Shown: positions 60,892 to 64,000 of the stretch, piece by piece
Numbering within the stretch: position 1 is the stretch's first letter
Layout: every line of letters starts with the position of its first letter
Assembly: GCA_902516425.1 (NCBI GenBank)
Contig: CABXYE010000001.1
Span: 123,845 to 187,844 of the forward strand
Origin: an uncultured Pelagibacteraceae bacterium
GTDB taxonomy: Bacteria > Pseudomonadota > Alphaproteobacteria > Pelagibacterales > Pelagibacteraceae
Reading direction: 5' to 3'
Length of the DNA stretch: 64,000 nucleotides
The notes under the pieces: model-generated
Databases searched by the model: none
The model's input: only the letters and a program-made list of their open reading frames with translations
What the model was told of the DNA's origin: nothing
Made by a program: the position numbers and the translations under genes

Positions 60892-62763
60892 ATGAAAAAA
60901 GATTTCCAATTTGATGTAGTTGTTATCGGCGGAGGTCACGCTGGTTGTGAAGCTGCAACGGCCTCAGCAAGGCTTGGTGTAAATACCGCTTTGTTTACAC
61001 ATAACAAAAATACAATTGGAGAAATGTCATGCAATCCAGCTATAGGTGGTTTAGGCAAAGGTCACCTAGTTAGAGAAATTGATGCTTTAGATGGTGTTAT
61101 GGGAGAGGTAGCAGACAAGTCTGGAATACAATTTAGATTATTAAATAGAAGTAGAGGACCTGCAGTTAGAGGACCCCGAACTCAGTCTGACAGATCATTA
61201 TATCGTAAATATATGCAAGAAAAACTTGTAAACTACTGTAATTTATACATTTTTTCTGATCCTGTAATAAAGTTTATTTTTGAAAATAACCAAATAAATG
61301 GGCTTATAACACTTAAAGGTAACAAAGTGAGTTGTAACAAGTTAATCTTAACAACAGGCACTTTTTTGAATGGTTTGATACATATAGGTGATGAAAGAAC
61401 TCCTGCTGGAAGATTTAATGAAAAACCCAGCACAGGTTTAAGTGAACAATTAGAAAAGTATAATTTTAAAATTGGTAGATTAAAAACAGGCACACCTCCT
61501 AGATTAGATTCTAGAACAATTAATTTTGAAAATTTGGAAAAACAGTTAGCTGATGAAGATCCATATTTTTTTTCTTTTCTGACCAAAAAAAATTTAAACA
61601 AGCAGGTTTCTTGTTCGATGACTTATACAAACGAAAAAGTTCATAAAATAATAGAAAAGAATTTATCTAAAAGTGCAATGTATTCCGGAAGCATACAAGG
61701 TGTTGGCCCTAGATATTGTCCGTCTATTGAGGACAAAATAGTAAAATTTGCTGATAAGACAAGACATCAAATATTTCTAGAGCCTGAGGGTCTAAATGAC
61801 CATACTATTTACCCTAATGGTATATCTACATCTCTACCAGAGGTTGTGCAATATGAAATACTCAACAATATCAATGGTTTAGAGAATGTAAAAGTAATTA
61901 GACCAGGATATGCTATTGAATATGATTATATTGATCCGAGAGAGCTCTTTTTAACATTGGAGACAAAAAAAATAAAAAATCTTTATCTTGCTGGTCAAAT
62001 AAATGGAACTACAGGTTATGAAGAAGCAGCTGCTCAAGGCCTTATAGCGGGAATTAATGCTGCTCTATCTTTAAAAAATTTAGAACCTTTTATTTTAGAT
62101 AGATCAGATGCTTACATTGGCGTTATGATAGATGACTTAGTTACCAAAGGTGTTGCTGAGCCTTATAGAATGTTTACATCTCGAGCAGAATATAGACTAA
62201 GTCTTAGAGCAGATAATGCAGACTTAAGGCTTACCAGTAAAGGAATTAAAATTGGTTTAATAGCAGAAAATCGAAAAAAACTTTTTGAGGACAAATTTAA
62301 TAAATTAAGTAAAATATCTCTTCAAATGTCTAATTTAAACATTTCACCCTCCAAGGCAGATAAATTTGGAATAAAAATTTCGAAAGATGGTGTTTTTAGA
62401 TCAGCTGAGGAAATTCTTACTCAAAAAAGTGTTAATATGTTAAAAATTAGAAATATTTGGCCTGAAATCCCTGATTATGGGAATGAAATTGACGAGCAGA
62501 TTGAGATTAACTCTCATTATAGAGGATATTTAAAGAAACAAAAGGCTGATATTTTAGCTTTTAAACGAGATGAGAATTTAACAATACCAGATAATATTGA
62601 TTATGATCAATTTTCAGGTCTATCTAATGAAGTTAAAGCTAAATTTAAAGAAATACGGCCTAAAACTATGGGTCAGGCCTTAAGAATCGATGGAATAACA
62701 CCTGCGGCCGTATATATTTTGTTGTCACACGTCAAAAGAAAGTCTATTAAGCATATAGCTTGA
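60892..62763 (+). CDS. mnmG: tRNA uridine 5-carboxymethylaminomethyl modification enzyme MnmG
   Basis: [42 protein letters not shown]. Confidence 0.98.
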   Translation: MKKDFQFDVVVIGGGHAGCEAATASARLGVNTALFTHNKNTIGEMSCNPAIGGLGKGHLVREIDALDGVMGEVADKSGIQFRLLNRSRGPAVRGPRTQSDRSLYRKYMQEKLVNYCNLYIFSDPVIKFIFENNQINGLITLKGNKVSCNKLILTTGTFLNGLIHIGDERTPAGRFNEKPSTGLSEQLEKYNFKIGRLKTGTPPRLDSRTINFENLEKQLADEDPYFFSFLTKKNLNKQVSCSMTYTNEKVHKIIEKNLSKSAMYSGSIQGVGPRYCPSIEDKIVKFADKTRHQIFLEPEGLNDHTIYPNGISTSLPEVVQYEILNNINGLENVKVIRPGYAIEYDYIDPRELFLTLETKKIKNLYLAGQINGTTGYEEAAAQGLIAGINAALSLKNLEPFILDRSDAYIGVMIDDLVTKGVAEPYRMFTSRAEYRLSLRADNADLRLTSKGIKIGLIAENRKKLFEDKFNKLSKISLQMSNLNISPSKADKFGIKISKDGVFRSAEEILTQKSVNMLKIRNIWPEIPDYGNEIDEQIEINSHYRGYLKKQKADILAFKRDENLTIPDNIDYDQFSGLSNEVKAKFKEIRPKTMGQALRIDGITPAAVYILLSHVKRKSIKHIA

Positions 62764-63410
62764 TGGATAACCTAATTATAAATTCTTATTCCAAAATCTC
62801 CAATTTGAATGTTTCACGTGAAACTTGTAATGAGCTTGAGAGTTTAATTACGATGATACAGGAAAAAAATCAGAAAATTAACATTATAAGTAAAAAAATG
62901 TATGAGAAAGAGGCAATAAGAGAGCGTCATATTATAGATTCTGCGCAAATCATTGATTTTGTTGATTTAAATTGCAATACAACCTCAGATTTAGGTACAG
63001 GGGGTGGAATGCCTGGATTAATAGTGGCTATAGTGATGAAAAAAATCAAAAATAACATGAAAGTTAACCTTTATGAAAAAAGCTACCACAAATGTGTTTT
63101 CCTGAGAGAAGTTTCAAAAAAATTAAATTTAAATACAGAAATAATTCAGAAAGATATTTCTTTACTTAAAAATATTGAAACAGGAACAATTATGTCCAGG
63201 GCGTTTAAGCCAATGCCAGTCATTTTAAAATTGGTTAATGAAAATTTTAAAAAATATAAAAATATTATTTTTTTTATGGGAAGTAGTGGAAGAAAAATTC
63301 TAAATGAAACACTTCAAGAATGGGATTTGGATTATGAAGAAAAAAAAAGTTTAACGAGTAACGACTCATTTATATTAAACATCAAAAAAATTAAAAAAAA
63401 GATTTCATGA
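62763..63410 (+). CDS. rsmG: 16S rRNA m7G527 methyltransferase RsmG
   Basis: RHIIDS, DLGTGGGMPG, SRA; mnmG-rsmG-parA order. Confidence 0.92.
   Translation: MDNLIINSYSKISNLNVSRETCNELESLITMIQEKNQKINIISKKMYEKEAIRERHIIDSAQIIDFVDLNCNTTSDLGTGGGMPGLIVAIVMKKIKNNMKVNLYEKSYHKCVFLREVSKKLNLNTEIIQKDISLLKNIETGTIMSRAFKPMPVILKLVNENFKKYKNIIFFMGSSGRKILNETLQEWDLDYEEKKSLTSNDSFILNIKKIKKKIS
62810..62825. promoter_or_regulatory. parS centromere-like site inside rsmG
   Basis: TGTTTCACGTGAAACT, 15/16 match to TGTTTCACGTGAAACA; about 7 kb from oriC, just upstream of parA. Confidence 0.85.
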
Positions 63411-64000
63411 AAATAATTTCAATTATAAATCAAAAGGGTGGAGTTGGAAAAACAACAACTGTAATTAATTTAGCGTCGGCGTTATCTCAACTTGGTAAAA
63501 AAATTTTAGTAATCGATCTAGACCCCCAGGGAAATGCTACCACAGGATTAGGATTATCCAACACCTCTCAATCTGATCAGACAATTTATGGGATTCTCAA
63601 TGGCACAATGTCAATTTCAAACGTAATTAAAAAAACAGACGTTCAAAATCTTGATTTAATATCATCCAATGTAGATTTATCCGGACTGGAGGTTGAGACG
63701 GCTGGTGACAGTGATAGAGCCTTTATACTTAAGGCTAAATTAACCGCGTATTTAAATGATTCTAGAGGATTATATGATTATATTCTCATAGATTGCCCTC
63801 CTTCTTTGAGTCTTCTAACTGTAATGGCCTTGGTATCATCTAACTCTCTGCTTGTGCCGCTCCAAACGGAATTTTTTGCATTAGAGGGACTTACACAGCT
63901 AATGAAGACGATTGAAAGAATTAAAGCCAATTTAAATCCTGAATTAGAAATTCAAGGCATACTTTTAACTATGTATGACCGAAGAAATAAACTTTCGTCA
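63407..64000 (+). CDS. parA: Chromosome partitioning ATPase ParA (runs off window end)
   Basis: Manual translation MKIISIINQKGGVGKTTT, IDLDPQGNAT, IDCPPSL. Confidence 0.95.
   Translation, partial: MKIISIINQKGGVGKTTTVINLASALSQLGKKILVIDLDPQGNATTGLGLSNTSQSDQTIYGILNGTMSISNVIKKTDVQNLDLISSNVDLSGLEVETAGDSDRAFILKAKLTAYLNDSRGLYDYILIDCPPSLSLLTVMALVSSNSLLVPLQTEFFALEGLTQLMKTIERIKANLNPELEIQGILLTMYDRRNKLSS

Noticed and set aside
1454-61601. Numerous 60-122 aa ORFs in the track overlapping real genes on the opposite strand or in other frames (e.g. 1454-1693, 5203-5484, 39814-40098, 54630-54968, 60055-60420, 61233-61601)
   Set aside because: They lie within well-supported genes, have no recognisable motifs, and show antisense-shadow composition
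1-64000. CRISPR arrays, rRNA genes, long tandem repeats
   Set aside because: None seen; poly-A/T tracts reflect low GC and Lys/Phe codons

Overview
Very AT-rich, densely packed alphaproteobacterial chromosome segment. Gene content, minimal intergenic spacers and gene order are consistent with Pelagibacterales (SAR11); this assignment is an inference. The window spans the probable replication origin (ppsR-oriC-hemE-hemH-hemJ-rho-mnmE-mnmG-rsmG-parA, with a parS site inside rsmG). It also holds core genes (ccm, argG, folD, hemCD, tsaD, acs, actP, rpe, purH, tRNA-Gly, ftsK, his, hslVU, secB, dnaQ, coaE, aroE) and an accessory block at about 13.2-23.5 kb. That block has two photolyases of different classes (inverted-domain NewPHL-like and Fe-S-less bacterial (6-4)-type) flanking a secreted 10-Cys protein, a fasciclin, a CRTAC1-like protein, a DUF4174 fusion, and two small ORFs missing from the ORF track (DUF2256 and an ArfA-like basic peptide). 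Other notable items: a candidate hairpin sRNA with tandem anti-Shine-Dalgarno-like loop motifs between hspQ and ccmC, an Acs with a 40-aa Lys/Arg-rich N-terminal tail, tandem alpha-hydroxy-acid oxidases next to an aminotransferase, and an ftsK frameshift in a T10 run. No CRISPR, rRNA, integrase or transposase was seen. All family calls come from motif recognition, not database searches.
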